A stretch of DNA of 63,127 nt, counting the filler, from Octopus bimaculoides (lineage: Eukaryota): NCBI RefSeq assembly GCF_001194135.2. It is 4 parts of 4 records of this genome, joined end to end, with 100 filler letters (N's around TTAATTAATTAA, not from the genome) between each part and the next. Parts side by side here need not be neighbours in the genome. Positions count along the whole stretch, not along the records: positions 36,919 to 60,805 come from NC_068988.1; positions 60,906 to 63,127 come from NC_068982.1; 2 more parts are not named here. One strand, given 5' to 3'. How positions within the stretch are numbered: the first letter of the stretch is position 1; every line of letters starts with the position of its first letter. Shown here one piece after another: positions 51,083 to 63,127 of the stretch. The notes under the pieces were generated by a model, which ran no database searches, was not told the origin of the DNA, and saw only the letters and a program-made list of their open reading frames with translations. A program made the translations under genes and the position numbers.

Positions 51083-51522
51083 ATTACGTCATAGATTGTT
51101 TATATAGGATTATCGAATATCGCTGTCGTCACTTCTGGGTCAATTTACTTTCACTTTATAAATCCCTAAACTGCATATTAAACAAAGAATATGATATATA
51201 TTTACTTTACAAGAATGGATTATATTCTAGCATCTACTATTTAGCTGGAATGTAGCTTGGATTCCTGGTTGGAACACAGTGACCTCGTTTCTGTTTTGTT
51301 TACGAATTAGAATAGTCTCACTTGAAGGCGTACGCACACTTAGAGTATCTGATTAATATTCATATATTACAACGTTTGGTTTGGAACTAAATGGAACCTT
51401 GGGCCAGTGTAATAAGAGATCGTTCATGATTCCGTCAGTGGTGCGTGGAAAAATCGTTCACGGGTCTTATAAGCATAGTATTTCGATATTTGTTTGCGTG
51501 CGAGGTGTGCGTGCCTAGCAAT

Positions 51523-51567
<45 letters not shown>

Positions 51568-52269
51568 TATATATTGTAATGTAAGAATTAAGTGTATAAA
51601 ACCTACTTTACATAGTGCAAACATTATCTAATGTAGAACGCAATACATTGGAGCGGATAGATATTTATTATATCAAAAGTTGACACTCGTGTGTGTGTGT
51701 GTGTGTGTGTATGTATGTGTGTGTGTTTACTTGTAGCTTTTCTCATACAGAGCGAAACACTCGTCAATTCTAGAGTGCTTCTCCTGCCATAGATCGACGA
51801 ATTATATTAATTCTGTGACGTCTTCTTAGAGGTAAGCAAACTCGGCTGTTCAAAAGCCAAATGTGTAGACCTGTCCTGCTCACGACTCATTGACCATTGG
51901 TAGATACAAAGCCGTGACCTCTCAACTGGCGTCTCTTGTCAACGTGGCCAACCACTCGGCAAACTACAGGTTAAAACAACCGAAGGAGAGTTGCCTGTGG
52001 CTGTGTTGATAAGATACCAGCGGAAAGGCTCGCAGTTCTTATCTTGTTACTGCAGGGTATCAAAGCCACTTGACAGACAATTGTCATCACATGAACGTTG
52101 AATGTCAAGTGGTCTCGGCATTACTCTAGCAACTGGAGTTTTTGAGTGCAAAATTGTTACAATAGTTTCATTGTGTTTCTGAGAACGGCGTTTTATTCAA
52201 TGTGTTTGGTTTAGTTTATGGAAACGTTGGAAATATCAAGTAATCATTTGGAGATTTTTAGAGCTGAAC

Positions 52270-52480
52270 TAGGTGGTTTCGGTATCGCTCTCACCATCGT
52301 AAGATAGAGGCTTCGATTCCTGGACCGGGCGGTGAGTTGTGTTCTTGAGCAAAATACTTCGTTTCACATTGGTCTGGTCCTTTCAGCTGTAAACCTCGCG
52401 ACGGACTGGCGTTCCATTCAGAGGATAATAATGATCCCTCTGTTACGTATACAACCGGAATTGAAACAGGGTAATCAGCC
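52270..52480 (+). mobile_element. SINE with V-domain-like segment
   Basis: tRNA-like head with TTCGATTCC, then CCTCGCGACGGACTGGCGTTCCATTCAG, similar to the V-SINE core as recalled. Confidence 0.55.
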
Positions 52481-53399
52481 CTCTTGAGACACTACTTTTT
52501 CACTTGTCTAGCAAAATGACTTGATCTGAAACAGTGCGTCGAAACAAGCAACTCCAGCGTGGGAGAACAATTTAATAACAAACAACGAATAAACCGTTAA
52601 AATTACTTTAAATTCATTTCATGAGATGTAAAAATTTCGTCGCGACCTGGCCACTGATGCAATTCCAGAGCACCTCTGGAAGTTTTATACCAGTTAAACT
52701 GATGTTCTTTCCCCGACGATATTCCTCTGCTTCTGCTGTTAAACCACGAAACTGTTCTAAGCAGGAGCCATTCTGCTCTTTATTCCTCGGAAGACAATGC
52801 CTTTCTTTCAGTCAACAGGTGTAATCACCCATTAATGAATATGTCTAAATATTTAAATTAATTGACACAAAAGAACAATATATTTTGGTCTGCGAGTATG
52901 GCACAAAGTTTTAGCTTTGTGAAAGTGGACGTTGTGACGTCCATATTATGCTGGTGTATTTTTTTTTTTTATCTCTTGGCCAGATTTGATGGGGTTGATC
53001 TACGATCAAATACATTTCAGCCGTGACTATCCCGTCTTGTTTTCAAACATAACGATACTTGGCCACATTATTTGAACTTGACCCTGTAGGATGTGTAACT
53101 TTGAAGGGATATTTGATGCTATTTCTACCATGCCAAGCGGTCACACTGAGGCTCCTCCGTGGCGTAAGTAGTAGTAGCAATAGTAGTAGTAGTAGTAGTA
53201 GTAGTAGTATGGAGGCATGCGCTGCAACAGCGCGTATTGCTGGCGGATGACACCTTCGCACCCCTCAGGCAACTATTCTCCAGCCCTGGGTCTATTTTGG
53301 TTAGACGTTGCTGGCGAAAGTTTTACGAGGTCGGAGTGCAAACTCAATATCTTTTAGTCGCCTTTTACGACACGCAGAGGAAACTTTGGATTTATTCTT

Positions 53400-53545
53400 T
53401 GATATGCTGCTCTCCATACAGCACTAGAGCAACGTGAAATGAAGTATTTTGCTGAGGAACACAACACACCGTTCAATCCGGGAATCGAACCCACGATCTG
53501 GTGATCATGACTATAACACCCTAACCACTAGGTCACGCGCCTGTA
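53400..53545 (-). mobile_element. SINE family C head fragment
   Basis: Reverse complement of the tRNA head and GCAAAATACTTCATTTCACGTTGCTC. Confidence 0.7.
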
Positions 53546-54639
53546 AATAATGGCGTAAGGAGTGCCTCTAATTGGAGAATTACTGATGTTATGCAGTACT
53601 GAACTCTATCAATCGTATTTAGTTATTGTTTCTTTAAACAATGTCGTGGCAGATATCTTTTTAAACAAGCAAAAATTAAAAAGTAAAGGTGAGACATGAC
53701 AAATACAGGTGACTGGTAAAAGGATATTTATAAATACCTTTTTATTGTTGCTATTTTGTAAAATTTTCGGTAAAATCACGACTTCGTGGTGATATTTCAT
53801 CGTTTGTTAACCAAGGGTGAGATGACATGACTTGCCATAAGCTTAACAGACGCCATAATGACGATGTTTATCTAATTTTCTTGAACTGATGACGGAAAAC
53901 AAAGTTGACATTAGCGAAATTCCGATTAAAAATAAATATGTGAAAAAAAAAAAAAAAGAATACCAACAAAAAATGAACGATAACTGGAATGCAATATCAG
54001 TTTTTTTTCTGGTTGGTCGAGATTTATTATAACCAACACATGTATGTTCCTCGAACTTATGATAATCTGCGATTCGATTGCAGAGTGGAAGACGCATGCG
54101 AGCCATTCAGAAACACAGAATGTTCATTTTACTTAAAGTTCCTTCTTACGTGTTAAAAATTTCGTCGCCCGAACTGCAACCTGGTCACTGACATGATCTA
54201 TGTTTTTGTTTTCTATATTGGTCTGTTATTGTAGTTGGTTGCTCATAGCTGATCCAGTAAGTTCTTCATCCTAGTGAGGACTTCCCAATAGTCTTTGTGC
54301 GGTTTTCAATGTCTGGAATCTGTCTACCACTTTACATCAGGTGATGTCAGATGTACACCACCGAAAATCCTGGATTCAATTTCCAATATTTGGAAAACCT
54401 TAAAAACTTTGAAAGTAGTTGAACTTGAGAAGCATCGCAAATGGAAATTTTCTGAAGGCGTCAGAAATGTTTCTTTTTATTGAAAAAAAAAAAAAAGACC
54501 AATAAAGAACAGGTTAATATGAAAGGAAACTGTATGAAGCAGAAGTGAAGTGTGGTTGGTGAATTCAGGTAAAAGTGTTACTAAAGATTTGTTTTCGTGG
54601 GTGAAAAACGGAATCTTTGCAAAATGAAGGAGATATTCA

Positions 54640-55760
54640 GTTCAATCCCACTAGGTGGCACTTTGGGCAAGTGTCTTCTGCTATAACTTCGGGCCGACCG
54701 GAGCCTTGTGAGTGGATTTATTTGACAGAAACTGAAAGAAGCCCGTCGTGTGTATATGTATATGTGTGACTTTGTGTTTGTCCTTCATTACCGCTAGACA
54801 ACCGGTGTAGGTGTGTTTACGTTCCCGTAACTTACCGGTTCGGCGAAAGAGTCCCATAGAATAATTACCAGACAAATATATATATATAAAAAAAAAATAC
54901 TGGGGAAAAAATCTAAATAGCTACTGGGGTCAATTTGCTTGACTAAAACCTTTCAAGGCGATGCTCCAGCATGGTCGCAGTCTAATGAGTGAAACAAGTG
55001 AAAGACATAAAAGATAAAAGCTGTATTATGAAATCTAGCAGGATAAACGGAGGCGCAGGTTGTGTGGTAAGAAGGTTGCATACCAACCATATGGTTCCGG
55101 GTTCAGTCCCACTGTGTAGCATCTTGAGCAAGTGTCTTCTACTATAGCCTTGGGCCGACCAAAGCGTTGTGAGTGGATTTGGTAGACGGAAACTGAAAGA
55201 AGCCCGTTGTATATGTGTGTGTGTGTGTGCGTGTGTGTCCCTCACCATCGCTTGACAACCGATGTTGGTCTGTTTATGTCCCTGTATCTTAGCAGTTCGG
55301 CAAGAGAGACCGATAGAATGAGTATTAGTCTTACAGAGAATAAGTCCTGAGCAAGGCCGCATAAAAGAGTAAAACCAATAAAAGAGTAAAAGAAAAGAAT
55401 AAACCACATGGTTTCGAGTTCGGTCGCATTGCCCTGCATTTTGAACAAATGTCTTCTACTCTCTCCTGGGCCGACCAAATGCCTTGGGAGTGAGTTTGCT
55501 TGAGGGGAAACTGGGTGGAAGCTCGTCGTACGTACGTGTGTGTACGCATGCGCACGCACGTTTTTGTTTCTCCTCTCACCGCTTGACAACCGGTATTGGT
55601 TTGTTTACCTCTCCGTAACTTAGTGGTTTGGCAAATAGAGACTGAAATAAAAAAAAAAATTACCCAGCTCCAAGTAAGTACTGGGGTTGGTCTGTTCACC
55701 TTTGAAGGTGGTGTTCCAGCATGGCCGCAGTCCGATGACCGATACAAGTAATAGAATAGA
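54640..55760 (+). mobile_element. Three head-to-tail SINE family A copies
   Basis: Core/tail motifs in 54640-55020, 55049-55375 and 55385-55760. Confidence 0.85.
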
Positions 55761-55829
55761 AGAAAGGAATAGAAGAACTTGCTTAGATTTGGGGGCCGTG
55801 TCCAAGCTGTCCGAAGTCTGTCTTAGTTT

Positions 55830-56080
55830 CCATCGGTCACTTTTGCTGAACTGCTCAGTTACGGGACATAAATAAATGAAAACCGGTTGTCAAGCGGTGA
55901 CCACACAAACATATATACGACGGGCTTCTTTCAGTTTCCTTCTATCAAATTCTTTCATAAGGCATTGGACGGCCCGGGGCCATAGTAGAAGACACTTTTC
56001 TTAGGTGCCATGCAGTGGGATTGAACTTGAAACCACGTGGTTGCAAAGCGAGTTTCTCAACCACACAGCTATGCTTGTGC
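55830..56080 (-). mobile_element. SINE family A
   Basis: Reverse complement of core and head. Confidence 0.8.
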
Positions 56081-56192
56081 TCTCTACAACACTTTTTACC
56101 GACGCACTGCTTTAAATTGATGGTGATGATAAAATAACTTTTTATGTATCCGGATTAAATATTTAATTAAAATATTTTCCATTTCTTTTCAG

Positions 56193-56282
56193 GTTTCTCC
56201 TGGATTACGACCTGGAAATATTTTCATCCAGTCATACTTAATAGCAAGAATTATTGCAAACAATTAAAGAAAAGGACACGAT
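56193..56282 (+). CDS. Candidate exon, product unknown
   Basis: ccatttcttttcAG acceptor and GAT|GTATGG donor; 90 nt, phase 1-1; reads FSWITTWKYFHPVILNSKNYCKQLKKRTR. Confidence 0.35.
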
Positions 56283-57224
56283 GTATGGACACGGAAAATA
56301 TATTATTACTAAACGCACGCACACACACACACACGCCCGCGCGATGCAATGATTCAGCCATGTTAAACACAAACACCTAAACACACAAACACATACATTT
56401 CAATAAATGTAATTATCTCCTGAAAGCCGATGAAGCAATTATTTCATCGACTTTACTAAACATTCACAAACAGTTTTTATATTTCTACGGAGATGAAATT
56501 TCTAGTTTATTTTTGACATAAAACATTTTTGTTTTTTTACAAAACTCTGTGACTGAAGTAAATGTGGAGACAATCACCCGACATGATGCACAGCGTAAGT
56601 AAATTTATTTCGATTTCCTGCTTCCTTGCTTTCTCTTTGCCTGTTGTTTCCATGTGAGTAATGATTGCATGTTCCAGGCAATATGTCTAAATTCACACCA
56701 CCAGCCCTCGGCTCACTAATTTCTCGTTTCTTGTCGTTTTGTTTTCTTTTCTTTGTTAATATCTCATTACATGTCGGCCATTGTTAACACAGCAATAGGA
56801 ATGTCAGATAAAAACATCTGCTCTGACAATTATTCTCACAACTGGTTGTAATAACATCTTAATATAATATTGATGGCGATGGTTGACTTGGGTTATCAGC
56901 TAACTTAATGAGAACACATCATTACCCACTGAACATTCGCAATGTTCAATGTTGTTAGACATTCTCGAGGTGGACCTTTATATATCTCTCACTTGTTCCT
57001 TATTCCTTGCAGTTGTTTATCCTCTCTGATCAGAGGCGGCACATATGACCATCCCATCCATTTTATTAGCTATTGTAAACCATTCCCTATACACCTTATA
57101 TGTTAAACGTTCCTTCTGCTAAGAGCGAACTCCTCGCTGTCTGTTTTCATTAAAGTTAGACACAATATGCTACAGGTTTTTTTTCCGGTTCTTTTTTAGC
57201 GTTTTTTATGAAACATATTTTTTA

Positions 57225-57429
57225 TCTTTTACTTGCTTCACTCATTAAACTGCGGCCATGCTGGGGTATCGCCTTGAAGAATTTTTAGTCGAATGAATCG
57301 ACCCTAGTACTTGTTTTTTTTAAAGCCTAGTACTTCTTCCATCAGTCTTTTTTGCCGAACCGCTAAGTTACGGGGACGTAAACACACCTACACCAGTTGT
57401 CACGTGGTGGTGGGGCAAAAACATACACG

Positions 57430-57482
<53 letters not shown>

Positions 57483-57625
57483 GCGCGCGACTGGTCTTTT
57501 TCAGTTTCTGCCCACCAGATCCACTTACAAGGCTTTGGTCGGCCCAAGACTATAGTAGAAGGCACTTGCCCAAGGTGCCACGCAGTAGGACTGAACCCCA
57601 AACCATGTAGTTGGGAAGCAAGCTT
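57225..57625 (-). mobile_element. SINE family A
   Basis: Near full length, internal (CA)n. Confidence 0.9.
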
Positions 57626-58294
57626 CATAAAATAAAGCCATTCCTTCGCCTGTATTTAGTTTTCCTTTTTCCCATTCTCCTTCTAACAATTCCTATATTG
57701 AGAATGCTTTAAAGAATTTGAATTAAATGATCACACCAGATGGGTGGACATTGTTATTTTCCTTTCTTTTTGTTATTTCTGAAAGATTACCTCCCTGTCT
57801 TGCAGACGATATTCTCCTGATAAGAGGGTTGATAACGTTTACAAATACTTGGCTTACATGATGTTGTTTTATCGCAATGTAACAGACACAAGGTGTAAAA
57901 TATATGAGAAGCTATTCAAGCGTTTGATTAGGTGTTGTTGTTTAATGTTGATCTACAGTTTGTTTTCCATTGCAATGTTTGCAGACACGTTTTCTTTCTT
58001 AACTTATCTTAGTTACTGTCTCTCTATCATCGGTTTGTTGTTTCTCTCGTATCAATTCTTGTCTACGATAAATTCCCCGTTTCTCTGTAGCAAAGTTAAA
58101 GTACAGACCAGAACGTCTTACCACGCCTAATGGGCCACGTTTAGCTAGCTTTAATTTCTTCAAAGACATCCAAAACGAAGTCTTTAAGAAGATCATCGCG
58201 AGGTTATTGTCGATAAGAAATGATGCCAAGTAAACAGGAGCTAGCGTTTTCCAACGCATTTTTTTTGTTTTGTTTTTCATGTATTTTTTATATT

Positions 58295-58493
58295 CTTTTA
58301 TTCTTTTACTTATTTCAGTCATTTGACTGCTGCCATACTGGAGCACCGCATTTAGTCGAACAAATCCACCCCAGAACTTATTCTTTGCAAGCCTAGTACT
58401 TATTCTATCGGACACTTTTGCAGAACCGCTAAGTTACAGGGGTGTAAACATACCAACATCAGTTGTCAGTCGATGGTGGGAGGACAAACATAG

Positions 58494-58576
<83 letters not shown>

Positions 58577-58740
58577 CGACGGGCTTCTCTCAGTTTCCGT
58601 CTACCAAATCCACTCAGAAGGCTTTGGTCGGTCCGAAGCTATAGTAGAAGACACTTGCCCAAGGTGCCACGCAGTGGGACTGAAACCCAGAACCATGTGG
58701 CTGGGAAGCAAGCTTCTTACCACAGAGCCACTCCTGCGCC
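58295..58740 (-). mobile_element. SINE family A, full length
   Basis: Ends GCCACTCCTGCGCC, the reverse complement of the head. Confidence 0.92.
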
Positions 58741-59339
58741 TATATCTATTTTTTTCATGGTAAATATTCCAATGACTGACAGATTCCAATCCAAGTTGTA
58801 TTCTTGGAGCCTCAGATGAAGAGGGCCTGAATATACAGACTATTTTTTCTCCTACTATAAATATTGTTCGGAATCGACAGAAATCTATAAATCATCAAAA
58901 GTTGGTGATAAAGATAAAATTTTCTTTTGATCTTTCGAAATTATTCTTTGAAAATTTAGTTTTGAAAACAGGACAGTTTACGATGGAATGAACAATTCTC
59001 GATAACATTAGCACAGTGCTGAGGAACCGCAGTTAAAAATTACAGCTTTCAGGTACGTTGTAGAGGGGCTGGTGGTTGATGATGAAGGTTGTTAGTTCAA
59101 TAAGCCTCTTGGCTCGATCTTCAAGTAAAGTTTCAAATGGGAAACGACCCCACAAGAAACGACATTAATATTGTGAGATTTGCTGTTTGATGACTTATTC
59201 AGAGCAAGTGTGTATGGAGAGGGGGAAGCACCTGTGACCTTTACATGATCCGTGAGGGTATTTTAGGAAAAGGAGAAAGCATGGATCCTTATGGGCATGG
59301 ATACTTAGGAATGAGAACCCAGGTTCGAAATTTTCCCAA

Positions 59340-59385
59340 GATACCTGATGAAGGCTGGAGGGTATATCAGCCGAAACGTTGTGTT
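59340..59385 (+). ncRNA. Minimal type-I hammerhead motif in a Penelope pLTR-like repeat
   Basis: GATAC-CTGATGA-A-GGCTG-gagggtatat-CAGCC-GAAA-CGT-T-GTGTT: canonical core, perfect 5-bp stem II, palindromic ACGT. Confidence 0.7.
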
Positions 59386-59466
59386 AACAACAAACAAGAT
59401 GAGGACAAATATCCGTCGAATGTAAATAATGTAAATAATGGAATGAAACACTCTTCAATTTTACAG

Positions 59467-59624
59467 TGCTACTGCTGTCTACATCGAAGAACAAATATCA
59501 CCTAGCTCAGACCTAGATGAACCTCTCAGCAACGAAGCAAACGACTTGACATTTGACACAATAACTTGGCAATCATTCGCTCGTTTCTTTGACATCTCAG
59601 TGATATGGTTATCTTCAACTGGAA
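59467..59624 (+). CDS. Candidate exon, product unknown
   Basis: ttcaattttacAG acceptor and GAA|GTGAGC donor; reads ATAVYIEEQISPSSDLDEPLSNEANDLTFDTITWQSFARFFDISVIWLSSTG. Confidence 0.3.
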
Positions 59625-59648
59625 GTGAGCTTAAATCATCAATTCTAG

Positions 59649-60030
59649 AGGCGCATGTACGGCTGTGTGGTAAGAAGTTTGTTTCCCAACCATATGGTTC
59701 CGGTTTCCAAACCCATTGCGTGGAACCTTGGGGAAACGTCTTGTACTGTAGCTCCGGGCCGACCAAAGCCTTGTTAGTGGATTTAGTCAACGGAAACTGA
59801 AAGATCCGACGTGTGTGTGTGTGTATATATATATATATATGTTTGTGTGTCCCACTATTGCTTGACAATGTTGGTGTGTTTATGTCCTCGTAACTAAGCA
59901 GTTCGACAAAAGAAACCGATAAATTAAGTACCAAGCTTTAAAAAAAGATAAGTACTGCAGTCGATTTGTTGAACTAAAATTCTTCAAGGCAGTGCTACAG
60001 CGTGGCCGCAGTCTAATGACTGAAACCAGT
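59649..60030 (+). mobile_element. SINE family A
   Basis: Head, core and tail present. Confidence 0.88.
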
Positions 60031-60469
60031 CAAGGAAGGACACTTAAATAACCGATTACCAAATGATGTCAAAGGCAACCAATGAAAAGTCTTAAAGAAG
60101 AGGAAACTATTGTGATTCAGCTTTTGTGATGGGAGCACTAAATTGACTTTTACACACAGATCGATTAAAAATCAATCGATTAATGTAATGTAATTAGTTC
60201 ACGCATCACTGCTTTATTACTACGTCTCGGGTCCAATCGTTATAGATTGTTATTGTTGTTGTTTTGTTTAGCTTCGAGTCTGTTCTGACGAAGGAGACTA
60301 ATGGTTAAACGTAATCCATCCATGACCGTCCCAACAGCGCTAGTGTCCACCCAGGCGCAGGCATATCTCTGCGGTTTAACAATTTCTCTTTGCACCTCCG
60401 TGGCTTTGGTTCCAGCCCCACTTCCCGGCAATCTGTGGAATTAGAACCGGACTTAAAATTAAGTTCTAG

Positions 60470-60800
60470 GGTTGATTTGTTCCATTAAACCTTTCAGTTC
60501 GTTGCCCCAGCATGGCCGCCGTCCAACGCTTGAAATAAGTAAAAGAATAAATCTTTATATATATTCTTTTGGTCTTTTATTCTTTTACTTGTTTCAGTCA
60601 TTTGACTGCGGCCATGCTGGAGCACCGCCTTTAGTCGAGCAAATCGTCCCCAGGACTTATTCTTAGTAAGCCTAATATTTATTCTATCTGACATTTTTGC
60701 CGAACCGTTAAGTTACGGGGACGTAAACACATCAACATCGGTTATCAAGCGATGGTGGGGGGGGGGGCAAACACAGACACATGAACATACACACACGCAT
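60470..60800. mobile_element. Tail-to-tail pair of SINE family A copies
   Basis: Plus-strand tail at 60470-60545 faces a minus-strand 3' half at 60575-60800. Confidence 0.85.
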
Positions 60801-61182
60801 ACAGANNNNNNNNNNNNNNNNNNNNNNNNNNNNNNNNNNNNNNNNNNNNTTAATTAATTAANNNNNNNNNNNNNNNNNNNNNNNNNNNNNNNNNNNNNNN
60901 NNNNNTATATAAGATAAACAAACAATAATATAAATATTTAGAGGTACTATTTCTACTGCAACGATCACTACCACTAACAACAGGAACGGTACTAAAGGTG
61001 CTGATGATGACGATAGCAGGAAAATATTAGCTAAGTCAAGCGAAAAGTCAGTAAAAATAATCTTATTGTGGACCACAGATAGACAGGTAGACAGAGAGAT
61101 ATAAACAGACAGAAAAACAAACAGACGGATAGACAAACTGACAGACAGGCAGACAGACAGGAAAAGAGGCAAACAGACAAAC

Positions 61183-61267
<85 letters not shown>

Positions 61268-63127
61268 TATGTGGGAGTAGGTGCATGCGACGGTCTGTAA
61301 CGAATTGTTAATTCTGTCGCTGCTTTTATATATTGAACGTTTGAAAGTGCCTCAATGTGATGCGCATTGCCTCACAAAGTATCCAAGTTACAAATATACA
61401 TGAAATATGGGCTGAAAGTTTTAGTCCGGTTTGTGTTACTAATCAAAGCGGTACAGTACCTCACTTAAATGTGATCGCTTTGATATAATCTATAAATGCC
61501 AGGTCAGTACATGTATTGATAATTTCCTCATTGAAGTGATTTCCTCTCACTTTGAATTTGGGAGTAAATGATATCACAGATTCCTCTCGCTCGACATGCA
61601 TTCTTTTCAAGCTGAAATTTTAACCTTTGTTAACATGGTTACTAGAGCCTATGAAAAGCACCAAGTCTCAACACTGAAAGTGGGATAAGATGCTAGATGA
61701 TGTAATGACTTCAATAGATTGCATGTAAAATAAACGACGGTATAACCGAGTAACTCATATATTGTTTGTGTTTATGTATTTATCTGTGTGTGTGTGTATG
61801 TGTCTGTCCTGCGCGTGCGTGTATGTGCGTGAATGAGAGCATATGGGCAGTATGCCTGTGTGTACGTACGTGGGTAAATGTGAGTGTATTCTTAATAAGA
61901 TAGTCCGAAGTATTATACGAAATTTCATGCACTGAATTCATGATTTAAATTGTATTTCGGAATTATTTAAATATGCATATATGTGTGTATATATAGATAT
62001 ATATGCTAAGCAAGATATAAGTTAGAGGTTATGCAACCGTCTAAGGGATTGACGTATCCGAAAAGCTCTCCTGGTGTATTACCTCACTATGTACTTTCCT
62101 CTTTATAAGGTGGTAGGTCATTTTAAGGTAAAACCGTGGTTTAGTATATATAGAGAAGATAAGAAATGGAGCAATAATTAACAATGAGAAGTGGATCATT
62201 GGTGTTAAAAGTCATTATTTAATAGAATTTGGAACCATTTACAGCTTATTACATTAAATCGTATTAATTTACATTTACCTCGTTACATTTAATAAAAAGC
62301 CTTCAGAATGAATAGCGGAATGAAAGCAAAGAAAAAGAATAAGAAAATTAAAAATGTTCGTTAAATTCTGTAGGCTTACATTTTAGTGACTTGTAAATTT
62401 CAACGTGTTAGTAGACTCCTTCATTAATAAGTAGAGACAGTGACTATTTGACCGGGGGTGTTGGCCGAAGGAGTTATACGGGGATATCTGGAGTTGTTAT
62501 TAGAAATAAGTAAAAGTAATTTGTGGCTTCTAAGTTGGTTCCCGTAGTTACAAGGAAGGCCCTTGTTTAAACTAAGGATGCTATTACAATGTGTATGATA
62601 TAGTGTTTACATATGGGCTATGTAAAAGAATAGTAATAAGAGTTAAAGAGTACATAAAATCATTAAACTCAATGAAAAAATTATAACGTGTAGTGTGAGT
62701 CAGTACTCTGACTATCAACTGAAATTTAATATAGGATTTATGTCGTATTGCACTACGTAAGTTATAATATATAGATCGGTAATCGGGGTATCTAGTTTAA
62801 AATGTGAATTGAAGTTATGTTAAATGATAAGTGGGATAGTAAGGGTAGCTAATAAGATTTTAAGGAGCTCCGTTAATAACCTGTAATGTAGGGATTAGCG
62901 ATAGTTAAATAATAAGTAAGGTTTAACGATATTTCGAGAAGAACAATTTATCTTTATGCAAACAAAATAATTTTCCTCGTCTCTTTTATTAAGTAATTTT
63001 GATTTGCCCATTTAAATGAAGAATTTCTCATATATACATATATTGCATCGATTATTATTAATGTTATATGAAGAAGTTTTAGCTTGGATATATCTTTTAT
63101 CTTTTATTTTTACTTATTTCAGTCATT

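Noticed and set aside
52058-52112. CCACTTGACA...TGTCAAGTGG stem considered as pre-miRNA
   Set aside because: Only about 10 bp pair around a large loop, and there is no known mature miRNA match.
54350-54480. LRR-like peptide ILDSISNIWKTLKTLKVVELEKH
   Set aside because: Lacks the conserved Asn and usable splice sites.
62000-63000. AT-rich block considered as a mitochondrial insertion (NUMT)
   Set aside because: No cox/cob/nad motifs were found; a faint minus-strand ITTPDIPV similarity points instead to a very old LINE endonuclease remnant, too weak to call.

Overview
Repeat-dominated, AT-rich eukaryotic genomic DNA from a gapped draft assembly. The SINE repertoire and microsatellite load look like an Octopus (coleoid cephalopod) genome; this is recognition from memory, not a database hit. 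No complete host gene can be read. Only a few candidate exons are visible, the best being a 69-nt leucine-rich-repeat exon at 24837-24905. Supportable content: many tRNA-headed SINE copies from at least four families; degraded DNA transposons (pogo/Tigger, mariner, DD37D/maT-like, probable Merlin, hAT, piggyBac-like and Helentron-type non-autonomous elements); LINE remnants (RTE, an R4/Dong-like RLE element); and Penelope-like elements. The most interesting signals are: several families of minimal hammerhead-ribozyme-like motifs, one with a non-canonical CUGUUGA-type core and one arranged as a ~480-bp inverted pair; a Penelope element with a 5' inversion and a ~100-aa low-complexity insert splitting its GIY-YIG motif; and an RTE LINE interrupted by three DNA transposons, one of which carries a 24-bp higher-order telomeric array. 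Element ends are approximate unless TIR/TSD positions are quoted.
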